From an uncultured Veillonellaceae bacterium (GTDB lineage Bacteria > Bacillota > Negativicutes > JARBTT01), in the NCBI GenBank assembly GCA_963805085.1, contig CAWDTA010000005.1, forward strand, positions 736,001 through 800,000: a DNA stretch of 64,000 nucleotides. Direction: 5' to 3'. Below are positions 52,018-60,815 of this stretch, piece by piece. Below the pieces are notes generated by a model. The model was given only the letters and a program-made list of their open reading frames with translations. It was not told the origin of the DNA and searched no databases. Positions within the stretch are counted from its first letter, which is position 1. Each line of letters starts with the position of its first letter. Position numbers and translations under genes: made by a program.

Positions 52018-52046
52018 TTGACACTACTTTCAAAAACCTTTAAAAT
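52018..52046 (+). promoter_or_regulatory. Sigma-A promoter of rny
   Basis: TTGACA-17 nt-TAAAAT. Confidence 0.8.
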
Positions 52047-52201
52047 GGAATTTGTACAGTTATGCCAAAATGATTTTATCGTATTTTATTGCTTAGAAAA
52101 GCACTATCAATTGTAAGAGGGAAGCAATTGATAAATGAAGGTTAAAAAATAGATTGTAAACATCTATTTTATGGGACTAATAAATATAGTTAAGAGGGGG
52201 T

Positions 52202-53746
52202 GTGAGAATTATCGTTGAGATATTATTGTCTGTAATACTTGCGGTAGTTATTGGTGCAGGTATTGGTTATTGGTCGAGAAAAAAGACAGCCGAGTCACAA
52301 ATTGGTTCAGCGGAGGATGTAGCGAAAAAAATTGTTACGGATGCGGAACAAAAAGGTGAGGCTAAGAAAAAAGAAGCGTTACTAGAAGCGAAAGAAGATA
52401 TTCATAAGTTACGCTTAGAATTAGACAAAGAAACAAAAGAACGTCGTAATGATTTACAACGTTTAGAACGTAGATTGGTTCAAAAAGAAGAAAACCTTGA
52501 TAGAAAAATCGATTCCCTTGAGAAAAAAGAAGAAATGCTTGCTGGTAAAGAAACTGAAGTTGATAAGTGCAAAGAGAAAGTGAATGAATTGCACGAAAAA
52601 CAGCTGTCTGAACTTGAAAGAATTTCTAGTTTAAATTCCGAAGAAGCGCGTACAATGTTACTTGCCAATGTGGAAGAAGAAATTAAACACGAAACAGCAA
52701 TGATGATAAAAGAGTTAGAGCAACAAGCGAAAGAAGAAGCTGACAAACGTGCTCGTAATATCATTTCTTTAGCAATTCAACGTTGTGCGGCAGATCATGT
52801 TGCTGAAACAACAGTATCCGTAGTTGCATTGCCAAATGATGAAATGAAAGGTAGAATTATCGGTCGTGAAGGTCGTAATATTCGTACATTAGAAACTCTT
52901 ACTGGGATTGATTTAATTATTGATGATACTCCAGAAGCTGTAATATTATCAGGCTTTGATCCTGTACGACGTGAAGTGGCAAGAATCGCTTTGGAAAAAT
53001 TGATTGCCGATGGTCGTATTCATCCGGCACGTATCGAAGAAATGGTTGAAAAAGCGCAAAAAGAAGTGGAACAACGTATTAAAGAAGCTGGTGAGCAAGC
53101 AACCTTTGAAACTGGTGTTCATGGATTGCATCCAGAAGTTATAAGATTATTAGGACGTTTGAAATATAGAACTAGTTATGGCCAAAATGTTTTAAAACAT
53201 TCTATTGAAGTTTCACATTTAGCGGGTGTTATGGCAGCAGAACTTGGTGTCGATGTTATGCTTGCAAAGCGTGGTGGATTACTACATGATCTTGGGAAAG
53301 CTGTTGATCATGAAGTAGAAGGTCCACATGTAACAATTGGTGCTGATTTAGCGAGAAAATATCGTGAATCCGCTGAAGTTATCAATTGTATTGCAGCCCA
53401 TCATGGAGATATAGAGTTTAATACAGTACAAGCGGTACTTGTATCTGCGGCGGATGCTGTGTCTGCAGCGCGCCCTGGTGCTCGTCGTGAAAGTCTTGAA
53501 AGCTATTTGAAACGTTTAACTCGCTTAGAAGAAATTGCCGAATCCTTTGAAGGTGTAGATAGATCGTTTGCTATTCAAGCAGGTCGTGAAATTCGTATTA
53601 TGGTAAAACCAGATAAAATTGATGACGTTACGTCTGTCGGTTTAGCTCGTGATATTGTCAAGAGAATAGAAAGTGAACTTGAATATCCGGGACAGATTCG
53701 TGTAACAGTAATACGCGAAACGCGTGCAGTTGATTACGCAAAATAA
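52202..53746 (+). CDS. rny: Ribonuclease Y
   Basis: N-terminal TM, coiled coil, KH domain ([13 protein letters not shown]), HD domain (LLHDLGK); start codon uncertain. Confidence 0.98.
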   Translation: MRIIVEILLSVILAVVIGAGIGYWSRKKTAESQIGSAEDVAKKIVTDAEQKGEAKKKEALLEAKEDIHKLRLELDKETKERRNDLQRLERRLVQKEENLDRKIDSLEKKEEMLAGKETEVDKCKEKVNELHEKQLSELERISSLNSEEARTMLLANVEEEIKHETAMMIKELEQQAKEEADKRARNIISLAIQRCAADHVAETTVSVVALPNDEMKGRIIGREGRNIRTLETLTGIDLIIDDTPEAVILSGFDPVRREVARIALEKLIADGRIHPARIEEMVEKAQKEVEQRIKEAGEQATFETGVHGLHPEVIRLLGRLKYRTSYGQNVLKHSIEVSHLAGVMAAELGVDVMLAKRGGLLHDLGKAVDHEVEGPHVTIGADLARKYRESAEVINCIAAHHGDIEFNTVQAVLVSAADAVSAARPGARRESLESYLKRLTRLEEIAESFEGVDRSFAIQAGREIRIMVKPDKIDDVTSVGLARDIVKRIESELEYPGQIRVTVIRETRAVDYAK

Positions 53747-53758
53747 TTTAGCAAAATT

Positions 53759-53789
53759 AACGACCTTGTATAACGCAAGGTCGTTTTTG
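53759..53789 (+). terminator. Terminator after rny
   Basis: AACGACCTTG-TATAACG-CAAGGTCGTTTTT. Confidence 0.85.
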
Positions 53790-53812
53790 ATATTTTTATA
53801 TGAAGTATTGAA

Positions 53813-53837
53813 AGGAATTAAATTAAATATATCGAAT
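53813..53837 (+). promoter_or_regulatory. Sigma-H-type promoter
   Basis: AGGA-17 nt-GAAT upstream of the hypothetical/ymdB pair. Confidence 0.62.
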
Positions 53838-53895
53838 AGGAATACTATGTTGGAATTACATTTCTATTATTCCTATCAATAGACTAATTTGTTGG

Positions 53896-54423
53896 ATGGT
53901 GATTATGATGAAACTAGAACAAGAAGATAAATTAAATACTGACGGTGTTAATTTGTTAGTATCCATACTTGTTTGCTATCCGGAAATTGGTACTCTTAAT
54001 TTTGAACCAATCAATGATTCACTAAAGATGACATTTGTCTTAAACAAAATGCCATCGAAGAAGGAATTTCTATTGGTAAAAGACATGATTTTTCGTAGTA
54101 TATTAACTTATCATACCTTAGAAGGTTTTAAAAGTAATAAAATAGATATCAAAATGAGCAGTTATGAGGATGTTGCTTTTATTAGTTTTGTTCGAGATAT
54201 GGATACTTTATCAAAGGGCGAAATTGCTTTGATTAGTACGTTAATGAAAGAAAATTTTAAAGAGTCACTCGTTACGGATGGTAATACAACCCCTGCGGAA
54301 GAAGATGGTATATTCCAGGAAGATTTTATTGATAATATGATAGGTAATATGAAGCTTAGTCAAATGGCGACTAATTTGATTGGGATACGCGAAGAAGGTC
54401 GCGTAATGGTTTTTAATAAATAG
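53896..54423 (+). CDS. Conserved hypothetical protein between rny and ymdB
   Basis: 175-aa ORF on the coding strand, ending IGIREEGRVMVFNK. Confidence 0.75.
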   Translation: MVIMMKLEQEDKLNTDGVNLLVSILVCYPEIGTLNFEPINDSLKMTFVLNKMPSKKEFLLVKDMIFRSILTYHTLEGFKSNKIDIKMSSYEDVAFISFVRDMDTLSKGEIALISTLMKENFKESLVTDGNTTPAEEDGIFQEDFIDNMIGNMKLSQMATNLIGIREEGRVMVFNK

Positions 54424-54440
54424 TTTTTGGGGGCTAAGAA

Positions 54441-55238
54441 TTGAATATACTGATGATTGGTGACATCTATGGAAAATCTGGTAGGCAAGCAGCTATGCAG
54501 TATATTCCTACCTTGAAAACAAAGTATCAGTTAGATATGATTGTTGCAAATGGAGAGAACTCTGCCGGTGGTGTGGGTATTACTAAGAAAGTTTTGGATG
54601 AAATATTTTCTGCTGGTGTTGATGTCGTGACCTCAGGGAATCATATATGGGACAAAAGGGAAATCCTTCAATTTATCGACGAAGAACCCTATTTGATTCG
54701 TCCAGCAAATTATCCACCGCAAACCCCAGGCAAAGGGTACTGTATTTTCGAGGTAAATGATAAAAAAATTGGTGTTGTGAATCTTTCGGGAAGAACGTTT
54801 ATGCCAGATATGGATTGTCCCTTTCGCAAAGCAGACGAAATCCTTGAACATTTGACAGCACAATGTGATACGATCCTCTTTGATTTTCATGCTGAAACTA
54901 CTTCGGAAAAGATGGCGATGGGCTGGTATTTAGACGGCAGGATTGCGTGCATGGTTGGTACACATACGCACATTCAAACTTCCGATGAAAGAATTTTACC
55001 AAAAGGAACCGCTTATATCACAGATTTAGGTATGGTGGGGCCATGGAATTCTGTTTTGGGCGTTGATAAAGATTTGGTGGTGAAAAAGTTCTTAACAGGA
55101 ATGCCAGTTAAATTTGATATTGCCAGTGGACCTCATGTATTTTGTGGTCTGATTATTATGATCAATGATCAGACCAATATTGTTCAAAAGGTGAAACGAA
55201 TTATGATTCGTGAAGATGAAATGGACGATGAAATATAA
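54441..55238 (+). CDS. ymdB: YmdB-family metallophosphoesterase (TIGR00282-type)
   Basis: IGDI, NGEN, SGNH, DFHAETTSEK, GTHTH; rny-ymdB-spoVS synteny. Confidence 0.93.
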   Translation: MNILMIGDIYGKSGRQAAMQYIPTLKTKYQLDMIVANGENSAGGVGITKKVLDEIFSAGVDVVTSGNHIWDKREILQFIDEEPYLIRPANYPPQTPGKGYCIFEVNDKKIGVVNLSGRTFMPDMDCPFRKADEILEHLTAQCDTILFDFHAETTSEKMAMGWYLDGRIACMVGTHTHIQTSDERILPKGTAYITDLGMVGPWNSVLGVDKDLVVKKFLTGMPVKFDIASGPHVFCGLIIMINDQTNIVQKVKRIMIREDEMDDEI

Positions 55239-55276
55239 ATAATTGGAAAAAATTGAAATTTATCAATAATTCAAGA

Positions 55277-55301
55277 AGGAATTTTTTGTTAAATACAGAA
55301 T
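55277..55301 (+). promoter_or_regulatory. Sigma-H promoter of spoVS
   Basis: GAAGGAATTT ... ACAGAAT, AGGA-17 nt-GAAT; spoVS is sigma-H dependent in Bacillus subtilis. Confidence 0.75.
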
Positions 55302-55363
55302 ACTGATACTGTAAATCTATTATAAGTTCTTTTTCTTAATATTAAAGGAGGGTACTAATAATC

Positions 55364-55624
55364 ATGGAAGTTTTAAAGGTATCAGCGAAATCTAATCCAA
55401 ATTCTGTAGCAGGTGCTTTGGCAGGAGTTTTGAGAGAACGTGGTGGTGCAGAAATGCAAGCCATAGGTGCAGGTGCTCTGAATCAAGCAGTAAAAGCGGT
55501 AGCGATTGCGCGAGGGTTTGTTGCTCCTCATGGAGTTGACCTAATATGTATTCCAGCTTTTACAGATATCTTAATTGATGGTGAAGAACGCACGGCGATA
55601 AAATTAATCGTCGAACCAAGATAA
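55364..55624 (+). CDS. spoVS: Stage V sporulation protein S
   Basis: MEVLKVSAKSNPNSVAGALAG...AIGAGALNQAVKAVAIARGF. Confidence 0.98.
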   Translation: MEVLKVSAKSNPNSVAGALAGVLRERGGAEMQAIGAGALNQAVKAVAIARGFVAPHGVDLICIPAFTDILIDGEERTAIKLIVEPR

Positions 55625-55638
55625 TGATGATAAAAAAA

Positions 55639-55680
55639 TAAATAATAAACCCTGTTCAAATGAACAGGGTTTATTATTTA
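55639..55680 (+). terminator. Terminator after spoVS
   Basis: TAAATAATAAACCCTGTTCA-AA-TGAACAGGGTTTATTATTTA. Confidence 0.85.
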
Positions 55681-55753
55681 TATAGTACAGTAAATTTTTG
55701 ATTTTCTTCGTTAGTATGGTATGATAACAGTAATAATCTTTGGAGGGATAATA

Positions 55754-57250
55754 ATGTCAGTAAAAGTGATATCTAATGTTGGAGATGCATTTGCACAGGA
55801 TGTTCTAATGATAAATATTTTTGAAGGTGATTTTACCAATGAAAATAATTTACCAATTAAAACTTTAAATAAAGCGATGGATAATCAGATTAAACAATTT
55901 TTAAGTAACTATCCAATGGCGACAAACTATGGTGAGATTAACATCTTGCATACAATGAAAACTCTACAAGCAAAAAGTGTCATTATCGTTGGCTCAGGTA
56001 AGTTCAATGAAATGACAAATGATAAATTGCGTAGCCTTTCTGGCAAGGCGATTCAGATAGCAAAGAAAATCAATGCAAAGAGTATTGGCATTTATACAAA
56101 TCTAAACTATAATTTTGACTATGAAGATGCTGTGCAGGCGATTATAGAAGGTGTTACACTTGGTGCATATCAATTTGATTTTTATAAATCGACGAAAAAG
56201 AATGCGCCATTAGAAACGATAGTTCTTGTTGAACCAGATCAAATATTAGTTGACGTTGCAAAGGCAATCGTAAGTAAAACTACGGTTATTACAGATAGCG
56301 TTTGCCACTGCCGTGATTTAGTCAATCATCCGGCTTGTACTGTTACGCCAACCTATATGGCGCAGGAAGCAGAAAAGTTGGTTGCTTACGACAATTTTAC
56401 AGTAGAAATCATGGATTTAGCTGCAATAAAAAAATTGGATATGGGCGCTTTTCTTGCTGTAGCAAAAGGCAGTAACGAACCACCTAAGTTCATTACGATA
56501 AAATATACGGGTAACAAAGCTAGCGACGAATGCCTGGCTTATGTCGGTAAGGGGATTACCTTCGATAGTGGCGGTATATCTTTAAAACCAAGTTCCAGTA
56601 TGGGGGAAATGAAAGATGATATGGCCGGTGCAGCAACAGTACTAACAACAATGCAAGCGATTGGCCAACTACAGCCCAAGGTCAATATACTCGCGGTGAT
56701 CCCATGTTGTGAAAATATGCCATCGGGACATGCAACAAGGCCTGGTGATGTGGTAAAATCAATGAGTGGTATTACAATTGAAATTGATAATACCGATGCA
56801 GAAGGCCGCCTGATCCTAGCAGATGCAGTTCACTATGCAATTACACTAGGGGCAACAAAAATTATTGATATAGCGACTCTTACAGGGGCCTGCGTCGTCG
56901 CATTGGGTCATGTAGCATCAGGTGTTATAAGTAATGACGAGCAGCTTTGTAATGCATTATTAAAAGTAGCAAAGTCAACAGGAGAAAAAATGTGGCAATT
57001 GCCAAATTACGAAGAATATAAGGAACAGTTTAAAAGTGATATTGCCGATCTAAAAAACACAGGTGGGCGTATGGCAGGAACAATTACAGCAGCCATGTTT
57101 ATTGAATGCTTCGTAAAAGGTCTACCTTGGGCACATATAGATATTGCAGGCACTTCCTATTTGAAAAGCAGTAATGGATATAACGTCAAAGGTGCGAGTG
57201 GTGTTGCAACGAGAACATTAATTGAACTGGCTCTAGATATGGAGAAATAA
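55754..57250 (+). CDS. pepA: Leucyl aminopeptidase (M17)
   Basis: VGKGITFDSGG, MKDDMAG, NTDAEGRL, WAHIDIAG. Confidence 0.96.
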   Translation: MSVKVISNVGDAFAQDVLMINIFEGDFTNENNLPIKTLNKAMDNQIKQFLSNYPMATNYGEINILHTMKTLQAKSVIIVGSGKFNEMTNDKLRSLSGKAIQIAKKINAKSIGIYTNLNYNFDYEDAVQAIIEGVTLGAYQFDFYKSTKKNAPLETIVLVEPDQILVDVAKAIVSKTTVITDSVCHCRDLVNHPACTVTPTYMAQEAEKLVAYDNFTVEIMDLAAIKKLDMGAFLAVAKGSNEPPKFITIKYTGNKASDECLAYVGKGITFDSGGISLKPSSSMGEMKDDMAGAATVLTTMQAIGQLQPKVNILAVIPCCENMPSGHATRPGDVVKSMSGITIEIDNTDAEGRLILADAVHYAITLGATKIIDIATLTGACVVALGHVASGVISNDEQLCNALLKVAKSTGEKMWQLPNYEEYKEQFKSDIADLKNTGGRMAGTITAAMFIECFVKGLPWAHIDIAGTSYLKSSNGYNVKGASGVATRTLIELALDMEK

Positions 57251-57251
57251 G

Positions 57252-58067
57252 ATGAGTAGTGATTTGCATATTCATACGTCAGCTTCTGATGGGAGATTAT
57301 CTCCTAGAAAAGTAATTGAAGAGGCAAAAGCTGTTGGCTTACATTATATTGCCATTACAGATCATGATACAGTAAAGGGCTTACTTCAATTACAAAAAGA
57401 GCATTTATTTCCCAATGAGGAGATTACGATTATTCCTGGTATTGAATTTAGTGCGCATATGCCCAAACATGAAGTTCATATATTAGGCTTAAATATTGAT
57501 ATTTCAAATAAAGTATTGCAAGAAAATCTACAAAAAATTGTGGATTGTCGTTGGCGCAGATTTGACATTATGTTAGAAAAGATAAATTTACTCGGATATG
57601 CCGTTGGTAAAGAAGATGTACTAGCGATTGCAGCTAGTACAGAATCGATTGGTAGAGCGCACATTGCGCGTGCTTTAGTGGAAAAAGGCTTTTTTAAGAG
57701 TGTCGGCGAAGTATTTGAAAAATTACTATATAAAGATGGCCCGGCGTATGCACCGCATTATAAGTTAGGGGTTGCAAAGATTATTGAGTTAGTTCATAAT
57801 GCGAATGGTCAGGCGGTGATTGCGCATCCGGGACTCATTGGCAATGACGATATTGTACGACAAGTGATAAAAAGTGGAATTGACGGTTTAGAAGTATATC
57901 ATCCGAAACATGCAGCAGAAGAGATACAAAAATATCAAAATCTAGCTAAGGAAAATCAAATCATCATGACAGGTGGTTCCGATTTTCATGCAATTCCTAA
58001 ACGTTATCCAAATAAATTAGGTATATTTACAGTAGATGATAAGTATGCATTACAATTTATAAAATAA
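57252..58067 (+). CDS. PHP-domain phosphoesterase (TrpH/YciV-like)
   Basis: DLHIHTSASDG, AITDHD, GRAHIA, IAHP, GGSDFH. Confidence 0.92.
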   Translation: MSSDLHIHTSASDGRLSPRKVIEEAKAVGLHYIAITDHDTVKGLLQLQKEHLFPNEEITIIPGIEFSAHMPKHEVHILGLNIDISNKVLQENLQKIVDCRWRRFDIMLEKINLLGYAVGKEDVLAIAASTESIGRAHIARALVEKGFFKSVGEVFEKLLYKDGPAYAPHYKLGVAKIIELVHNANGQAVIAHPGLIGNDDIVRQVIKSGIDGLEVYHPKHAAEEIQKYQNLAKENQIIMTGGSDFHAIPKRYPNKLGIFTVDDKYALQFIK

Positions 58068-58122
58068 ATTCATATAGATCACCTAAAAATAAAATGATAT
58101 CTATAGGTTGGAGGAGTCGGAA

Positions 58123-58956
58123 ATGGAAGTTATGGCTCTCGTAGGTCAAAGTGGAACAGGAAAAAGTCACCGTGCTTTAATCGTGGCACATGAATATAAA
58201 GCAGATGCAATTATTGATGACGGTATTTTAATTCAAGATGGTAAAATTGTTGCCGGACATTCTGCTAAAAGAGAAGCAAGTAAAATCATGGCGGTTAGAA
58301 GAGCAATTTTTTCTATTCCAGGTCATGCTGAAGAAGTGAAACAGGCAATAAAGGAAAAGAGTCCTAGACGCATTTTGGTATTGGGAACTTCAGAAAATAT
58401 GGTGCACAAAATTGCAAAAATATTGGGATTAACTGCGATTAAAAAAATTATTCGGATTGAAGATATTGCAAGCAAAGAAGAAATGGAAAAAGCACGTGAT
58501 TGCCGCATAAAAGAAGGAAAGCACATTATCCCAGTGCCAACAATCGAATTAAAACCACATTTTTCAGGCTATCTGATTGATCCACTAGAAATTTTCTTCA
58601 AAAAGCCACAGGCAAAACGTCGTAGATTGGGTGAAAAATCCATAGTCCGTCCAATTTTTAGTTATTATGGAAAACTCCTGATTGATGATTCCGCGATTGC
58701 AGCCATCGTAGATAAGGTCGCGACCAATAAAGCAAATATCAGCAAAACCTCACAAGTTAGAGTTAAACGGATTCGTGAGGCTGATGAAGATAGAGGAATC
58801 GATGTTACTTTAGAAGTAACCATGCGATACGGAACCAATCTTCTTTCTACAGTATCAGAGGTGCAAAGCGAAATTAAAATCGCTGTTGAACATATGACAG
58901 GAATGATTGTAAAACAAGTCAATGTAGTAGTAAAAACACTTACTGTTGGTGCATGA
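58123..58956 (+). CDS. P-loop NTPase-like domain fused to an Asp23/Gls24 domain
   Basis: Walker A GQSGTGKS and IIDDG; C-terminal VQSEIKIAVEHMTGMIVKQVNVVV of Asp23. Confidence 0.85.
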   Translation: MEVMALVGQSGTGKSHRALIVAHEYKADAIIDDGILIQDGKIVAGHSAKREASKIMAVRRAIFSIPGHAEEVKQAIKEKSPRRILVLGTSENMVHKIAKILGLTAIKKIIRIEDIASKEEMEKARDCRIKEGKHIIPVPTIELKPHFSGYLIDPLEIFFKKPQAKRRRLGEKSIVRPIFSYYGKLLIDDSAIAAIVDKVATNKANISKTSQVRVKRIREADEDRGIDVTLEVTMRYGTNLLSTVSEVQSEIKIAVEHMTGMIVKQVNVVVKTLTVGA

Positions 58957-58963
58957 TAAAAAG

Positions 58964-59006
58964 AAATAACAAATATCCCCGGCTATGCCGGGGATATTTG
59001 TTATTT
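58964..59006. terminator. Bidirectional terminator at the core/prophage boundary
   Basis: Perfect 20-bp stem AAATAACAAATATCCCCGGC-TAT-GCCGGGGATATTTGTTATTT. Confidence 0.9.
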
Positions 59007-59096
59007 TATATAGTTCATCTAGTTGATTTAAATATTTTTTTCTTCAGATAAATCAACTAATTCTGCTAGATAATCGACGGTATCAGTTATTGTATA

Positions 59097-59519
59097 TTAT
59101 TTAATACTGCTAATAAGATTTAATTTTATATTTATAAGTTCGCTAGTTACGCAAAAAAATTCCGCTAATTCACAAGTTGTATGTATCCCATTTTGTATAG
59201 CTATTTTTAAATCTTTATCATCGATTAAATAATTTGCAGCCTAGCGTAGTGCTTTATATTCGACTTTGCTTACATAAAGTCTATTACTATGATTGTAAAA
59301 TTTTCTAGGAATACAGTCACCTATCGTTGTAAAATGGTGCCCGAGTTCTTCAGCCATAATAGATCGAAGAAGCGTCTTATTCTCTTTCAAGGATTTATCT
59401 AGCCCAATAACAGGAGGCATGTCAACACCCACAAAATATATGCCTTTTATCGGAGCGAGAAAATCGAAAAAGTGGATTTTTATTTTAGATTCATTTGCTA
59501 ATATAAACATATTATTCAT
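59097..59519 (-). pseudogene. ImmA/IrrE-family metallopeptidase (anti-repressor) with an internal TAG
   Basis: AEELGHH motif; the frame reads ...EYKALR*AANYLIDDKDLKIAIQNGIHTTCELAEFFCVTSELINIKLNLISSIK* with TAG at 59243-59241 where Trp (TGG) is expected. Confidence 0.85.
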
Positions 59520-59596
59520 AACATCACATCACATTCATACGAAAAAAGTCGAAACATGTCGAAAGATATTAAAAGACATAAAACCTACAACTAATA

Positions 59597-59944
59597 TCAC
59601 TTAGTTGTAGGTTTTTTTTGATATTTAAGACGCATTAATTCTATAAATTCTTCAACGCGTTCTATAGCTTCAGGCGGTAGATCATCCATAAGATTATCCT
59701 GGCGGTGGAGAGCTATAGTACTTATCTCTGTTTTAATATTCGATTGACTGAGCAAGTAATCAATTGAAACATGAAAAAAATCAGAAAAATCTTTTAATGC
59801 TGAAACTTCTGGGGTTCTTTTATCGTTCTCAAATTGAGAAATAGCAGCAGCAGTATAAGATCTATTATATTCATGATTAAATTGTTGCCTGAATTTTTCT
59901 TGTGTCAATTTAAGCTCTAATCTTAATTCTTTAAAACGTGACAA
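59597..59944 (-). CDS. XRE-family HTH repressor (ImmR/CI-like)
   Basis: RFKELRLELKLTQ...AAISQFENDKRTP...FFHVSIDYLL; likely TTG start after a GGAGGTG RBS. Confidence 0.92.
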   Translation of the reverse strand: MSRFKELRLELKLTQEKFRQQFNHEYNRSYTAAAISQFENDKRTPEVSALKDFSDFFHVSIDYLLSQSNIKTEISTIALHRQDNLMDDLPPEAIERVEEFIELMRLKYQKKPTTK

Positions 59945-59965
59945 AATTATCACCTCCGTTAATAA

Positions 59966-60119
59966 ATTATACCATTAAATAAACTTAAATGATATTACTA
60001 TTTAAGTTTATTTAATGAATAAAAGCATTGACAATTAACTCAAATGATAATAAAATAAATTTAACTTAAAAAGAAATAAAAAGGTTGGTTTTATTAGTAT
60101 TTATTAACTTAAAAGGAAT
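59966..60119. promoter_or_regulatory. Divergent phage switch region: promoters and repeated operators
   Basis: Rightward TTGACA(60028)-17-TAAAAT(60051); leftward extended -10 TGnTATAAT (59974-59966); 18-bp perfect inverted repeat 59973-59990/60000-60017; five TWAACTYAAA copies. Confidence 0.78.
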
Positions 60120-60156
60120 TGATACTTGTATTAGGGTTATAGGAGGTGAAAAAGGA

Positions 60157-60252
60157 ATGAAAAAAATCAATGTTTTTACCCAAAGAGAATATAAATTCTT
60201 AGGGATTGTAGTAGTTTTATTTTTCCTAGTCGGGATGTGGATGGCAAAATAA
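60157..60252 (+). CDS. 31-aa single-TM peptide (not in the ORF track)
   Basis: AGGAGGTG RBS; MKKINVFTQREYKFLGIVVVLFFLVGMWMAK. Confidence 0.6.
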   Translation: MKKINVFTQREYKFLGIVVVLFFLVGMWMAK

Positions 60253-60278
60253 TATAAAGATAAAAGGAGATATGTCAG

Positions 60279-60608
60279 ATGGATGATAGCAAATTTAAAT
60301 ATTTACAAAATAAAGTTGAAAAAGTAAATAAAATACATACGGAAATGGAAAATATTAAAAATACGATAAAGTTTCTTTTTAAAATAAATGATGGTGAACA
60401 ACTCTGTATGGATATTAGTTTTAGTATTACAGGAGATATGCATATATATTCTATTAAAGGAATGGGTTCTGAAATGCTATATAATGCTATGAAGGGGCAT
60501 CTTCTATATGAATTAATAGATCGGCTTGATGAATTGCAAAAGAAATATCAAGATTTACTGGGGGAAGTAGAATATGGACTTACTAAAAAAATTCATAAGT
60601 ATATTTAA
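60279..60608 (+). CDS. Phage hypothetical protein
   Basis: AAGGAG RBS; 109-aa ORF in the early rightward operon. Confidence 0.65.
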   Translation: MDDSKFKYLQNKVEKVNKIHTEMENIKNTIKFLFKINDGEQLCMDISFSITGDMHIYSIKGMGSEMLYNAMKGHLLYELIDRLDELQKKYQDLLGEVEYGLTKKIHKYI

Positions 60609-60642
60609 TTAGATTTTGATAGAAATAATTGAGGGATTATAA

Positions 60643-60766
60643 ATGAAAAAAAGATTTTAATTCACGATAAGATTGATGCTATTTGAATCCATTTATAAAG
60701 GCAGTAAGAACGATACTTAAAGCAGCAGAGTTTGAAATAGTTGGACCAATAGCTTTGAAAATATAG
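60643..60766 (+). pseudogene. Degraded small phage early gene
   Basis: GAGGG RBS and ATG give only MKKRF*; a shifted frame reads LNPFIKAVRTILKAAEFEIVGPIALKI*, resembling small Firmicute phage proteins with an AGFEI..RI.LK-type motif. Confidence 0.35.
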
Positions 60767-60815
60767 ATGAGAAAATATTTGTCTTATATATTAGGCATTT
60801 ACGGGGGGATCGATT

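Noticed and set aside
341-58922. Numerous 60-190 aa ORFs overlapping core genes, mostly on the minus strand (e.g. 43629..44189, 4739..5155, 20186..20554)
   Set aside because: They are shadow frames of well-conserved genes and carry no recognisable motifs
59419-59604. 61-aa plus-strand ORF
   Set aside because: Antisense to immA, with no RBS or motif
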